Shown here piece after piece: positions 38,393-46,306 of a stretch of DNA of 52,981 bases. Made by a program: the position numbers and the translations under genes. Each line of letters begins with the position of its first letter. Position 1 is the first letter of the stretch. This stretch comes from an uncultured Haloferula sp. (GTDB taxonomy: Bacteria; Verrucomicrobiota; Verrucomicrobiia; Verrucomicrobiales; Akkermansiaceae). Under the pieces are notes generated by a model. It saw nothing but the letters and a program-made list of their open reading frames with translations, searched no databases and was not told the origin of the DNA. Where the stretch lies: positions 1-52,981 of the forward strand of contig CBFGTS010000022.1 in NCBI GenBank assembly GCA_965652295.1, written 5' to 3'.

Positions 38393-38563
38393 TCACGGGG
38401 TGCCGCCGCGGAACGCGCGGCTGAGCGCCGAGATCACGAGCAGTACCAGGAAAATCACGAACAGGATCTGCGCGACCTGCGATGCCGCGCCGGCGATGCC
38501 CGTGAAGCCCAAGAGACCGGCAACAAGCGCCAGCACGAGGAAGATAAGTGTCCATTTCAGCAT
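38393..38563 (-). CDS. DUF1328 (YtjA/UPF0391) small membrane protein (absent from the ORF track)
   Basis: [65 protein letters not shown]. Confidence 0.92.
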   Translation of the reverse strand: MLKWTLIFLVLALVAGLLGFTGIAGAASQVAQILFVIFLVLLVISALSRAFRGGTP

Positions 38564-38594
38564 TGAGGTCCTTTCGTTGAATCAACTCCCTCCA

Positions 38595-38610
38595 CGCAGC
38601 CACGGTGCCC
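38595..38610 (-). promoter_or_regulatory. putative sigma-54 promoter of the DUF1328 operon
   Basis: Minus strand gGGCACC-GTGG-CTGCG, GG-N10-GC; predicted start about 20 nt before the ATG, which leaves the RBS intact. Confidence 0.6.
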
Positions 38611-38783
38611 ACCGAATGATTTTCATATAACCACCTTACTTCGAGACCCTTCTGGCAATTCGAGTCGGCCCGTAAAAAGCCCCGTTGCATGCAATTCGCA
38701 TGACCGGCGCTTTTCCCGGCGGGTAACTCGCAATCCGGACCCCTGCACTAGACAGCTCAAGAGCCCGGGTGCATGCTCCGCGC

Positions 38784-39356
38784 ATGTTGCGCTCCGCCCT
38801 CGTCCTCCTCGCCCTCCTGACCACGGCGGTTTCGGCCTCGCCGGGCGTCGCAGGCGTGCGGGTGGCCGAGATCTACCGCCAGCTCGTTTCCGCCCGAGAG
38901 ATCGCCGACCGGGCTGCGGAGTCGAAGGCCGCCATTTCCCAAGACCCCCGTTTTTCGGCTCTGGAGCAAGTGCGCAAAGAGCTTGAGGCGCTTCAGAGCC
39001 AGCTTTCCGCGGCACAAGAGTTCGACCGGCTGACGCGCGAGCGCCTCCAGCAGCAGTTCATCGTGAAGCGGGACGAAGAAGCCTCGCTCCGCCGTGAGGT
39101 GCAGCTCTATCAAGCCGATCAAATGAAGCGCATCAACGCGCGGATGGTCCGCGAAATGAATGAAGAGCTTGAGCGAATCCGTAGCACTGCCGCAGAAATC
39201 GCCGCAGAGAAGGACTACGAACTCCTCCTCGACCTCACCGGGAAAACCAACACCTCGCTGCCCTTCGTCATCTACGCCAAGGACCCGGAGGACATCACCG
39301 GAGAAGTCCTCTCCCACTTCGAGATTGTCGAACCGGCTCCAACGCCCGAACCCTGA
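38784..39356 (+). CDS. OmpH/Skp-like periplasmic chaperone
   Basis: Signal peptide, V.V..IY, long coiled coil, IA.EK.Y.L.LD and DIT.EVL. Confidence 0.75.
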   Translation: MLRSALVLLALLTTAVSASPGVAGVRVAEIYRQLVSAREIADRAAESKAAISQDPRFSALEQVRKELEALQSQLSAAQEFDRLTRERLQQQFIVKRDEEASLRREVQLYQADQMKRINARMVREMNEELERIRSTAAEIAAEKDYELLLDLTGKTNTSLPFVIYAKDPEDITGEVLSHFEIVEPAPTPEP

Positions 39357-39367
39357 CCTCTCCTCCC

Positions 39368-39877
39368 ATGGAAAACTTCGCTGAAATCATCAAACACCCC
39401 TTCGTCTGGGGCTTGGCACTCGGTCTGGTGCTGGCCTTCTTTGCGTGGAAATCCGGCCTCTCCACCAAACTCCGGCTTTCCCGCGATATCCGCCGCCTGG
39501 AGAACGAGCTGCGAGAGCTGCAGGGACACTTGAACACCCAGCTCAAAATCAACGCCCAAGGAAACCAAGCCCTTCAGGACGAACTCAAGGTGCTGCGGGA
39601 GCAGAATGAAAACCTGAGGATTTCCAACGCCACGCTCCAAACGAAGCCAGGACGGGCGGAAGTGAAGCAGTACCAGATCATGGAGGCCGCCGTCCGGCAG
39701 ATGCGGGAGCAGGCACCGGGTTTCGCACCGGCATGGGAAAAGGCGCTGCGCGACGCGGAAAGCGACTTCGAAGCCGCCGAAAACGGCATCCGGCGGCTGG
39801 TCCGCCGGGTGATCCCCTCGATCGGCTATCAAAGCGGATCGTCCCCCTCAGCAGAAGACAAGGACTCGTCCGACTGA
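39368..39877 (+). CDS. hypothetical protein with N-terminal TM segment and coiled coil
   Basis: HPFVWGL.LGL, heptad region, APGFAPAWE.AL. Confidence 0.75.
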   Translation: MENFAEIIKHPFVWGLALGLVLAFFAWKSGLSTKLRLSRDIRRLENELRELQGHLNTQLKINAQGNQALQDELKVLREQNENLRISNATLQTKPGRAEVKQYQIMEAAVRQMREQAPGFAPAWEKALRDAESDFEAAENGIRRLVRRVIPSIGYQSGSSPSAEDKDSSD

Positions 39878-40005
39878 GAGCCCGGAGAAAGCCGCCCATC
39901 CTCGCGGCTCCACTCCCCCGTTTTCCGCACCCTACCAGCCGCCTGGAATGAAAGAAGCCGCGATGGAAAACCATCGCGGCTTGGAGAATCCGGCGCAAAC
40001 CCGCT

Positions 40006-40863
40006 TCAGCCTGCCACCGCACCTTCGACCGGCTTCGGCAGCGGAACTTCCTTCCGGCGCAGCGCCTTGCGCATCTTGGTCAGGGCGACGTTCTGGAGCT
40101 GGCGGATCCGCTCACGGGTGACCCCGAACTCGCGGCCGACTTCTTCCAGAGTCATCGGCTTTTTGCCATTGAGCCCGAATCGTTCATCGATGATCCGACG
40201 CTCCCGCTGATCAAGAATCGCCAGCAAATCGTCCAGCTCGCCATGAAGGTTCTTGTCGGTCAGCGCGTCGAGCGGGTTCTCGGCGCGATCGTCGCCAATG
40301 ATTTCGCCATACTGCGTGGCCTCGCCTTCATTGACCGGCGCGTCGAGCGAGGTCGGCCGTTGGGATGCCTGCTTGAGCATCGCCAACTTCCGGCGTGGCA
40401 GCCCGATTTCGTCGGCCAATTCCTCGTCGGTGGGCTCACGACCCAGCACCTCGGCGAGCATCGTCGAAATCCGGCGCATTTTGGCGATCTTGTCCACCAT
40501 GTGCACGGGCAGGCGGATCGTCTTGCTCTGGTTCGCCAACGCACGCTTGATCGACTGTTTGATCCACCACGCGGCGTACGTCGAGAGCTTGCCGCCCTTG
40601 TTCGGATCGAAGCGCTCGACCGCCTTCATCAGACCGATGTTTCCTTCGGAAATCAGATCGGAGAGAGGCAATCCGTAGCCGGCGTAGTCTTGTGCGATTT
40701 TTACCACCAGCCGCAGGTTGGCGTTGATCATGTGGGTCCGCGCCTGCTTGTCGCCCCGCTTGATGCGGGCGGCCAGCTCCACCTCCTCATCCGGAGTCAG
40801 CAGAGGGGTTTTCGAAATTTCGCGCAGATAAAGCTTCAGATTTGAGTCACTTTCCATGGCCAT
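40006..40863 (-). CDS. sigma-70 family sigma factor lacking region 1.1 (group 2, RpoS-like)
   Basis: YLREI...PLLT..EE, ANLRLVV.IA, DLI.EGN.GL.KAVERFDP, STYA.WWI.Q.I.RA, TIRLPVH, TLEEVG..FGVTRERIRQ; 285 aa; alternative start 40857. Confidence 0.93.
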   Translation of the reverse strand: MAMESDSNLKLYLREISKTPLLTPDEEVELAARIKRGDKQARTHMINANLRLVVKIAQDYAGYGLPLSDLISEGNIGLMKAVERFDPNKGGKLSTYAAWWIKQSIKRALANQSKTIRLPVHMVDKIAKMRRISTMLAEVLGREPTDEELADEIGLPRRKLAMLKQASQRPTSLDAPVNEGEATQYGEIIGDDRAENPLDALTDKNLHGELDDLLAILDQRERRIIDERFGLNGKKPMTLEEVGREFGVTRERIRQLQNVALTKMRKALRRKEVPLPKPVEGAVAG

Positions 40864-41006
40864 TTTTGAGGTTCAGGTTGAAATGCTGAAGAGAGGGTTT
40901 CTATTGGTGAAACGCTACGGAGGCCGGATTTATTCCAAAAATCAGCTCCGTTTTTGTAACTACATTGGAGTGACTAACGTGACCGTCCATGGCTGTCGAA
41001 AACGGC

Positions 41007-41022
41007 AGCAATGCCCGTGCCG
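41007..41022 (-). promoter_or_regulatory. sigma-54 (-24/-12) promoter of the sigma factor gene
   Basis: Minus strand CGGCACG-GGCA-TTGCT, essentially consensus. Confidence 0.8.
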
Positions 41023-41062
41023 CACGGTGTGATGATCGAGCTGTGGGCCCGACCGCTTTGTT

Positions 41063-41075
41063 TATCAATGGATTG
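41063..41075 (+). promoter_or_regulatory. IHF-type binding site
   Basis: TATCAA-TGGA-TTG, exact match to WATCAANNNNTTR. Confidence 0.65.
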
Positions 41076-41124
41076 CCCGGTTCCACGACTTCGCGACCGG
41101 CTAACCATCAGCGTGCCAACCCGT

Positions 41125-41167
41125 CGCGGTGCGGCAATTTGCACCGCGCAATGTGCAATGATGACAC
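41125..41167. promoter_or_regulatory. putative upstream activator sequence
   Basis: CGCGGTGC-N8-GCACCGCG overlapping TGCAC-N8-GTGCA, 105-145 bp upstream of the -24 element. Confidence 0.55.
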
Positions 41168-41260
41168 GTCCGCGGCCGAAAGTTGGCCCTGCGCCTCGAT
41201 TTCCTTCCTTCCCTCCGAAAGATCCGCTTCCTTCGTTGCGAACGTTAAGGGAATCGTATC

Positions 41261-42970
41261 GTGCTGGATCTCCAAGAAGTCTGCTTTTCAATCACCAAGG
41301 ACGGGGAACCGGTACATTTGGTGGACCACGTCTCCGTCCGCGTCCCGAAAGGCCATTTCATGGCGATCGTCGGGCCCTCCGGCTGTGGTAAAACGACGCT
41401 GCTGCGCACCATCGCCGGGCTGAATCCCGAGTCGGCCGGCGCGCTCTTCTGGGAAGGAAGGAACCTGTCCGAGGAGAAGGATTTCGACCCGTCCGAGATC
41501 GGCTACGTCCCCCAGTTCTCCATCGCCTACGAACCGCTTACCGTCGATGAGTCGATTGAGGCCGCCACGCGCCTGCGGGTGCGCACCGGCGATGCCGGCG
41601 AACTCGACCAGCGCATCGACCGGGTTCTGGAGGAAACCGGCCTCACCGCCATCGCCGATCGTCACGTGCGGGTGCTTTCCGGCGGCCAGAAGCGACGGCT
41701 GGGGCTGGCGATGGAGCTGGTCTCGGACCCGAAACTGCTGCTTTGCGATGAGGTCACCAGCGGCCTGGACCCGCGCTCCGAGCGGGAGGTGGTCCGCCTG
41801 CTGCACGACCTTTCGCGGCGCGATGGACGGATCGTGCTTTCCGTCACTCACTCGCTCGCCCATCTGGAACTCTATGATTCCATCCTGGTGCTCCACGAAG
41901 GACGGGTTGCTTATCACGGCCCACCGGGGCATCTGACCCATTATTTTTCCGTCGCGGATACCGAGGAAGTTTATCCCAAGCTCGCCACCCAACCCAGCGA
42001 GCGTTGGCTCAGCTCGTGGATGAAACACCGGGACGCCTACGAGGAAAAAATGATCGCCGCCTCGCCGGACGAGCATCCTCCGGAGGAAGGGCCGGAGGCG
42101 CCGGTCGCGGTGCGGGCACCGGGCTTCCTCACCCAGCTCGGCACTCTGCTTTCACGCCGCTGGCGGATCTTTTTCCGCGACCGAGGGCAGATCTTCCTCC
42201 AACTCGCGATCATTCTTTGTTTCCCGATTCTCGTCACCCTCTTCTCTGACAAGGCGGAGGGGCCCATCGCCAGTCTTTCGGACTCACGCCAGGAAAGCAT
42301 CCAGGCCGAATTGCAGGAGCAACGGATGGTCCGCCAGGAACAGGTAAAGGTCGGTTCGGCGGTCAGCGGGATCATCATGTTCCAGGTGATCCTTCTCTCC
42401 CTGATGGGCTCGAACAACTCGGCACGGGAGATCGCCGGCGAGCGGAACATCTTCGAGAAGGAGAAATTCGGTGGCCTCCGGCCTTCGGCCTATCTGACCA
42501 GCAAGGTCATTTTCCTCGGAGCCTTGGTGCTGGTGCAATCCGTGTGGATGGCGGCATTCGTGAATTTCTTCGGCGGGTTCCGCGGGGATTTCGGCACGCA
42601 CCTGCTGTTTCTCCTGCTGGTCAACGCCGCCATGACCGCGGTGTGCCTCGCCATCTCGGCGCTGATGAAAACCGCCGAGCAGGCGTCGTTGCTTTCCATC
42701 TACCTGGTTGGCTTCCAGCTTCCGCTTTCCGGCGCGGTGCTGGCGCTGCCGGAGCACATCGAGAAATTCACCCGGCCGTTCATTTCCGCCTACTGGTCAT
42801 GGTCGGGCAGCGTCAGCGCGCTCGATGGAAAAGTGCTGAACGCCGTCAAGTCCGTGATCGACACCTCGCTCTCCGGCCGGGAATCCTGCCTTTTCACGCT
42901 GGGGCTTCACGTTCTGGCAGGTCTGCTCGCCGCCTGGATCGGCACGCGCCGCCATCACTGGCAACATTGA
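41261..42970 (+). CDS. ABC transporter, fused NBD-TMD (ABCG/ABC-2 type)
   Basis: GPSGCGKTT, GYVPQ, LSGGQKRR, DE.TSGLDP, VTH; then SAREIA.ER.IF..E and about 6 TM segments. Confidence 0.9.
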   Translation: MLDLQEVCFSITKDGEPVHLVDHVSVRVPKGHFMAIVGPSGCGKTTLLRTIAGLNPESAGALFWEGRNLSEEKDFDPSEIGYVPQFSIAYEPLTVDESIEAATRLRVRTGDAGELDQRIDRVLEETGLTAIADRHVRVLSGGQKRRLGLAMELVSDPKLLLCDEVTSGLDPRSEREVVRLLHDLSRRDGRIVLSVTHSLAHLELYDSILVLHEGRVAYHGPPGHLTHYFSVADTEEVYPKLATQPSERWLSSWMKHRDAYEEKMIAASPDEHPPEEGPEAPVAVRAPGFLTQLGTLLSRRWRIFFRDRGQIFLQLAIILCFPILVTLFSDKAEGPIASLSDSRQESIQAELQEQRMVRQEQVKVGSAVSGIIMFQVILLSLMGSNNSAREIAGERNIFEKEKFGGLRPSAYLTSKVIFLGALVLVQSVWMAAFVNFFGGFRGDFGTHLLFLLLVNAAMTAVCLAISALMKTAEQASLLSIYLVGFQLPLSGAVLALPEHIEKFTRPFISAYWSWSGSVSALDGKVLNAVKSVIDTSLSGRESCLFTLGLHVLAGLLAAWIGTRRHHWQH

Positions 42971-43007
42971 TTTCCCTTTCCATCCCCTGTTTGATTCCCT
43001 CAACGCC

Positions 43008-43415
43008 ATGCCTCGCCGCGCCAGTTCCGGACCCAAGCCCGCCGTCATCATCGGCGTCGTCGTCGTCATCATCGCCGCCTTCCTCGGCGGCAAGCTGCTG
43101 CTCGGTGCCCGCTCGGGAGGGCCGAAGCTGGACGGGGCCCCGCTCGACATGACGATGGTCGAGGAGAACGCCAACTCCCTGCGGGGAAACGCCTACGTCG
43201 TGGACGGAAAAGTCGATGGCAAGCTCACCTGGACCGTGGACCGCGGGCAGGTCATTTCGCTCCAGGTCGGCGACGGACCTTCCGCCCGATTCCTCGGCAT
43301 CGAAGTCCCCGCCAATCTCGCCAGCATCAACATCGAACGCGGCCGCAACTACGCTTTCCGCGTCCGGTTCCGCGATGGCGGCATCGCCGTGGCCGAGGAA
43401 GTCCAGCCGCTCTGA
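43008..43415 (+). CDS. membrane-anchored small beta-rich hypothetical protein
   Basis: N-terminal TM segment; NSLRGN.Y.V.GKV, NIE.G..Y.F.V (possibly OB-fold). Confidence 0.75.
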   Translation: MPRRASSGPKPAVIIGVVVVIIAAFLGGKLLLGARSGGPKLDGAPLDMTMVEENANSLRGNAYVVDGKVDGKLTWTVDRGQVISLQVGDGPSARFLGIEVPANLASINIERGRNYAFRVRFRDGGIAVAEEVQPL

Positions 43416-43429
43416 CCGCCAGCCCTGCC

Positions 43430-45301
43430 ATGAAACACGCTCTCTTTTTCTCCCTCACCGCCACGCTGGCCATCGCCCAGGTCTACGTGCCTCCGCCAGC
43501 CGACGGGCCGCAGGGCGACTCGACGCCGCAGGACACCGTCGTCCGCCGTGAGCCTCGGTCCCAGAACAACGCTCCCGTCGCTGGCAACGAGCTGCCGTTC
43601 CTCGATCCTTCCAGCGAGATGATCACGTGGAACGGCCATAGCTGGTCGGCCACCGACAACCGCCTGCTTTCCGCGCGCTTCGAGCGCTACCTCAACGAGC
43701 CGGCCGACGACTCCGAGGAGGCCACCGAATACCGGGAAACCATCGCCGAAATCCTCGAACACGTCTCGCCCCACCACCCAGGCGGTCCCGATTTTCCTGC
43801 TGCGGTCGCGATGCTCCCCCGCGCTTCCACGTACCCGGGCGACGCGAACCTGTGCGACTCCCTTTCGCAAGCCATCTACGCCGCCGTCCTAGCGAAAAAG
43901 GACGTCCATGCGACCAAGAGCATGATGGAGGCATTGGAGAAGGAGAAACAGCGGATGATCCACAATGCCGATGTGATGGCCGCAAAAACCCGGATCACCC
44001 AGCAACGCGAGGTCAAACAGGGCAATACAACCACCCGGGAGGAACTCGCAAAGGAAGGCACGGGGACCGACTCGCTGGAATACAAGGACACCGTGAAGCG
44101 TGCCGCCGAGATCGATGCGCTGACCAAAGCGAACCGGGCCAAAGGCGAACTCCAGATCGTCCAAGCCAAGGCGCAGTATCAGGCCCTCATGGTCCAGTTT
44201 TTCATCCAGCGGCGTTTCCAGCACGTGCTGATGGCCGCGCGCTTCTACCATCAGATCTTCCGCGACGGCGACAACAAGCTGCGGATCAACAAGGACTCGG
44301 ACATCTCGAAGATGCTGCTTGAGACCTTTGGCACCAGCCCGACGGTCGCTGCGCTCGACTCCCTCGCCAGCGAGGCGATCCGCGACGTCGACAAAGGCGT
44401 CGAAGCATTCCTGTTCCTCTCCGAGCGCGGCGAGTTGGAAAGCGCGGCCAAGCGGCTCAGCGAAGCCTACATGGTCGGCGAGTTCATGCCCTCCATCCAG
44501 ACGCTTCCCCGCGAGAAAAAGCGCCGCGTGCTCGAGTTCGTGCGCGAATCCTACAAGCTGATCGCAGCGCTGGATTCCAAGGACTACGACACCGCCAAGG
44601 AACTCGTCGTCCAGCTCAAGGAGACGGCGGCCGACTTCGATCCGACCAAGGCGGAGGCAGCGATCGCCACCTACACGCGGGTCAGCAACATGCACATCGA
44701 CTCCGCCAAACTCGCAGCCTCGCAGGGTGACAACGACAAGGCGGCGGCTGAGATCAAGAGCGCCATGGAAGTGTGGCCGCAGAACCCGAAGCTGTCCGAG
44801 TTCGACCAACTCGTCGCCCAAGGCAGCGGCCTCGCCCAAGCCCGCAACGACTTCGACCGACTCCTCAGTGAGAGCAATTTCCGCGAGATCCACCGTCGCC
44901 AGTATGAGCTGGCCCCGGCCATTCAAGGCGACGCCACGCGCGAGGACGCTTTCAAGCAGATCATCGGCAATATCTTCCGCATCGACGGCGCGTTGGAGAA
45001 AGCCTCCGAGTTCGAGAAGATGGGCCAATCCTACGCTGCTTGGGAGCAGCTCGCCACCCTGCGTGAGGAGTTTCCCGACGATCCGCAGCTCGGCAGAAAG
45101 CTGGAGCAGCTCGCACCGAACGTCGCGGACTTCACCAAGGCGCTCGACCGTGCCCGCACCTTCGAAAAGCGGTCCGACTCTCAAATCGGCTCCGCCCTGA
45201 GCTGGTATCTCAAGGCCCGCTCGATCTATCCCGACAGCTCGCTCGCCAAAACAGGCATCGAGCGCATGACGGAGAGGATCCTTCCCGGTTCGTCGAACTG
45301 A
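43430..45301 (+). CDS. large exported helical/TPR-like hypothetical protein
   Basis: Signal peptide, coiled-coil and TPR-like segments (WPQNP.L, FPDD..L, IYP.S..A..G). Confidence 0.8.
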   Translation: MKHALFFSLTATLAIAQVYVPPPADGPQGDSTPQDTVVRREPRSQNNAPVAGNELPFLDPSSEMITWNGHSWSATDNRLLSARFERYLNEPADDSEEATEYRETIAEILEHVSPHHPGGPDFPAAVAMLPRASTYPGDANLCDSLSQAIYAAVLAKKDVHATKSMMEALEKEKQRMIHNADVMAAKTRITQQREVKQGNTTTREELAKEGTGTDSLEYKDTVKRAAEIDALTKANRAKGELQIVQAKAQYQALMVQFFIQRRFQHVLMAARFYHQIFRDGDNKLRINKDSDISKMLLETFGTSPTVAALDSLASEAIRDVDKGVEAFLFLSERGELESAAKRLSEAYMVGEFMPSIQTLPREKKRRVLEFVRESYKLIAALDSKDYDTAKELVVQLKETAADFDPTKAEAAIATYTRVSNMHIDSAKLAASQGDNDKAAAEIKSAMEVWPQNPKLSEFDQLVAQGSGLAQARNDFDRLLSESNFREIHRRQYELAPAIQGDATREDAFKQIIGNIFRIDGALEKASEFEKMGQSYAAWEQLATLREEFPDDPQLGRKLEQLAPNVADFTKALDRARTFEKRSDSQIGSALSWYLKARSIYPDSSLAKTGIERMTERILPGSSN

Positions 45302-45308
45302 AGGAGCT

Positions 45309-45614
45309 TCAATTCTCCGTCGCCGCGGCGAGCTGGCGCAGCAGCGGATAACTGTAGATGCCCGTGGCGTGGCCGTCGGCCCAGCGGATCTGGAGGCCAT
45401 AGCCACCCACCGTTTCCATCCCGACGATTTCGCATCCACGCTCGCCGATCCGGCTCTCCGGGACCACCACGCGGCCGAGGGCATCCGGCTCGCCCTGGCA
45501 TGCCGCGCACGGACAGGCACGCCTCAGGAGGAGCAGAGGGATGTAGGCTTCGACGCCGTCATCAAACGCCAGCGCGAGTTCGCCGCCAATGACCGCGGTG
45601 TGTGCAAGTTTCAT
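45309..45614 (-). CDS. DUF971 (GBBH-like N-terminal) domain protein
   Basis: LR.ACPCA.C.G and VG.Y.LQ..W.DGH.TGIYS...LR. Confidence 0.9.
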   Translation of the reverse strand: MKLAHTAVIGGELALAFDDGVEAYIPLLLLRRACPCAACQGEPDALGRVVVPESRIGERGCEIVGMETVGGYGLQIRWADGHATGIYSYPLLRQLAAATEN

Positions 45615-46306
45615 GAGTGAGTGGGATCGCTTCGTTCACCAAAAATCGCGGAGCCGACCCGCACGATGGTGGAGCCTTCGTGGATCGCCGCCTCGAAGTC
45701 TCCGCTCATCCCCATGGACAGATCCGGGAGGTGGATTCCATGACGCTCCTGCAAGTCGTCGCGCAGCCGTCTGATCTCGCGGAACCACCGCGTCGCCTTC
45801 TCCGCATCCTCCTCGTCCGGAGGAATCGCCATCAGGCCACGCAATGCCAGGTTCGGCAAAGCCGCGATTTCACCCGCCGCCTCCCGAATTTCATCAACCG
45901 CAAAGCCGCCCTTGCTCGCTTCGCCTGCGATGTTCACCTCCAGGAAAATTTCCGGCTTCACCCCCATTTCGCCAGCGATCCGATCGATATGGCCAGCCAG
46001 TCGAAGTGAATCGACGCTGTGGATCACCCTGAATTGCGAGAGGACCTTACGGACTTTGTTGCGCTGCAGGTTACCGATGAAATGCCACTCCACGTCGCCC
46101 GGCAGCTCGCCCACCTTGGCCTCCGCCTCCTGCTGTCGACTCTCGCCGAACGCGCGCTGACCGGCATCATACGCCTGCCGGATGCGGGTGGCCTCGACGG
46201 TCTTGGAAACCGCGAGAAGCTTCACGTCCTCGCGTTGCCTCCCGGCGGACCGGCACGCCCGGTCCACCTGCGCTTCGATCTCCGCAAGATTCGAGGCAAC
46301 GTCCAT
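45611..46306 (-). CDS. yggS: YggS family PLP-binding protein
   Basis: LLAVSKT, FGES..QE, WHFIG.LQ.NK, GLM.IP, LSMGMSGD.E.AI..GST.VRVGS.IFG; TGATG coupling. Confidence 0.95.
   Translation of the reverse strand: MDVASNLAEIEAQVDRACRSAGRQREDVKLLAVSKTVEATRIRQAYDAGQRAFGESRQQEAEAKVGELPGDVEWHFIGNLQRNKVRKVLSQFRVIHSVDSLRLAGHIDRIAGEMGVKPEIFLEVNIAGEASKGGFAVDEIREAAGEIAALPNLALRGLMAIPPDEEDAEKATRWFREIRRLRDDLQERHGIHLPDLSMGMSGDFEAAIHEGSTIVRVGSAIFGERSDPTHS

Noticed and set aside
41103..41119. Second sigma-54-like site TTGGCACG-CTGA-TGGT on the minus strand
   Set aside because: Perfect -24 element but no GC at -12; not called.
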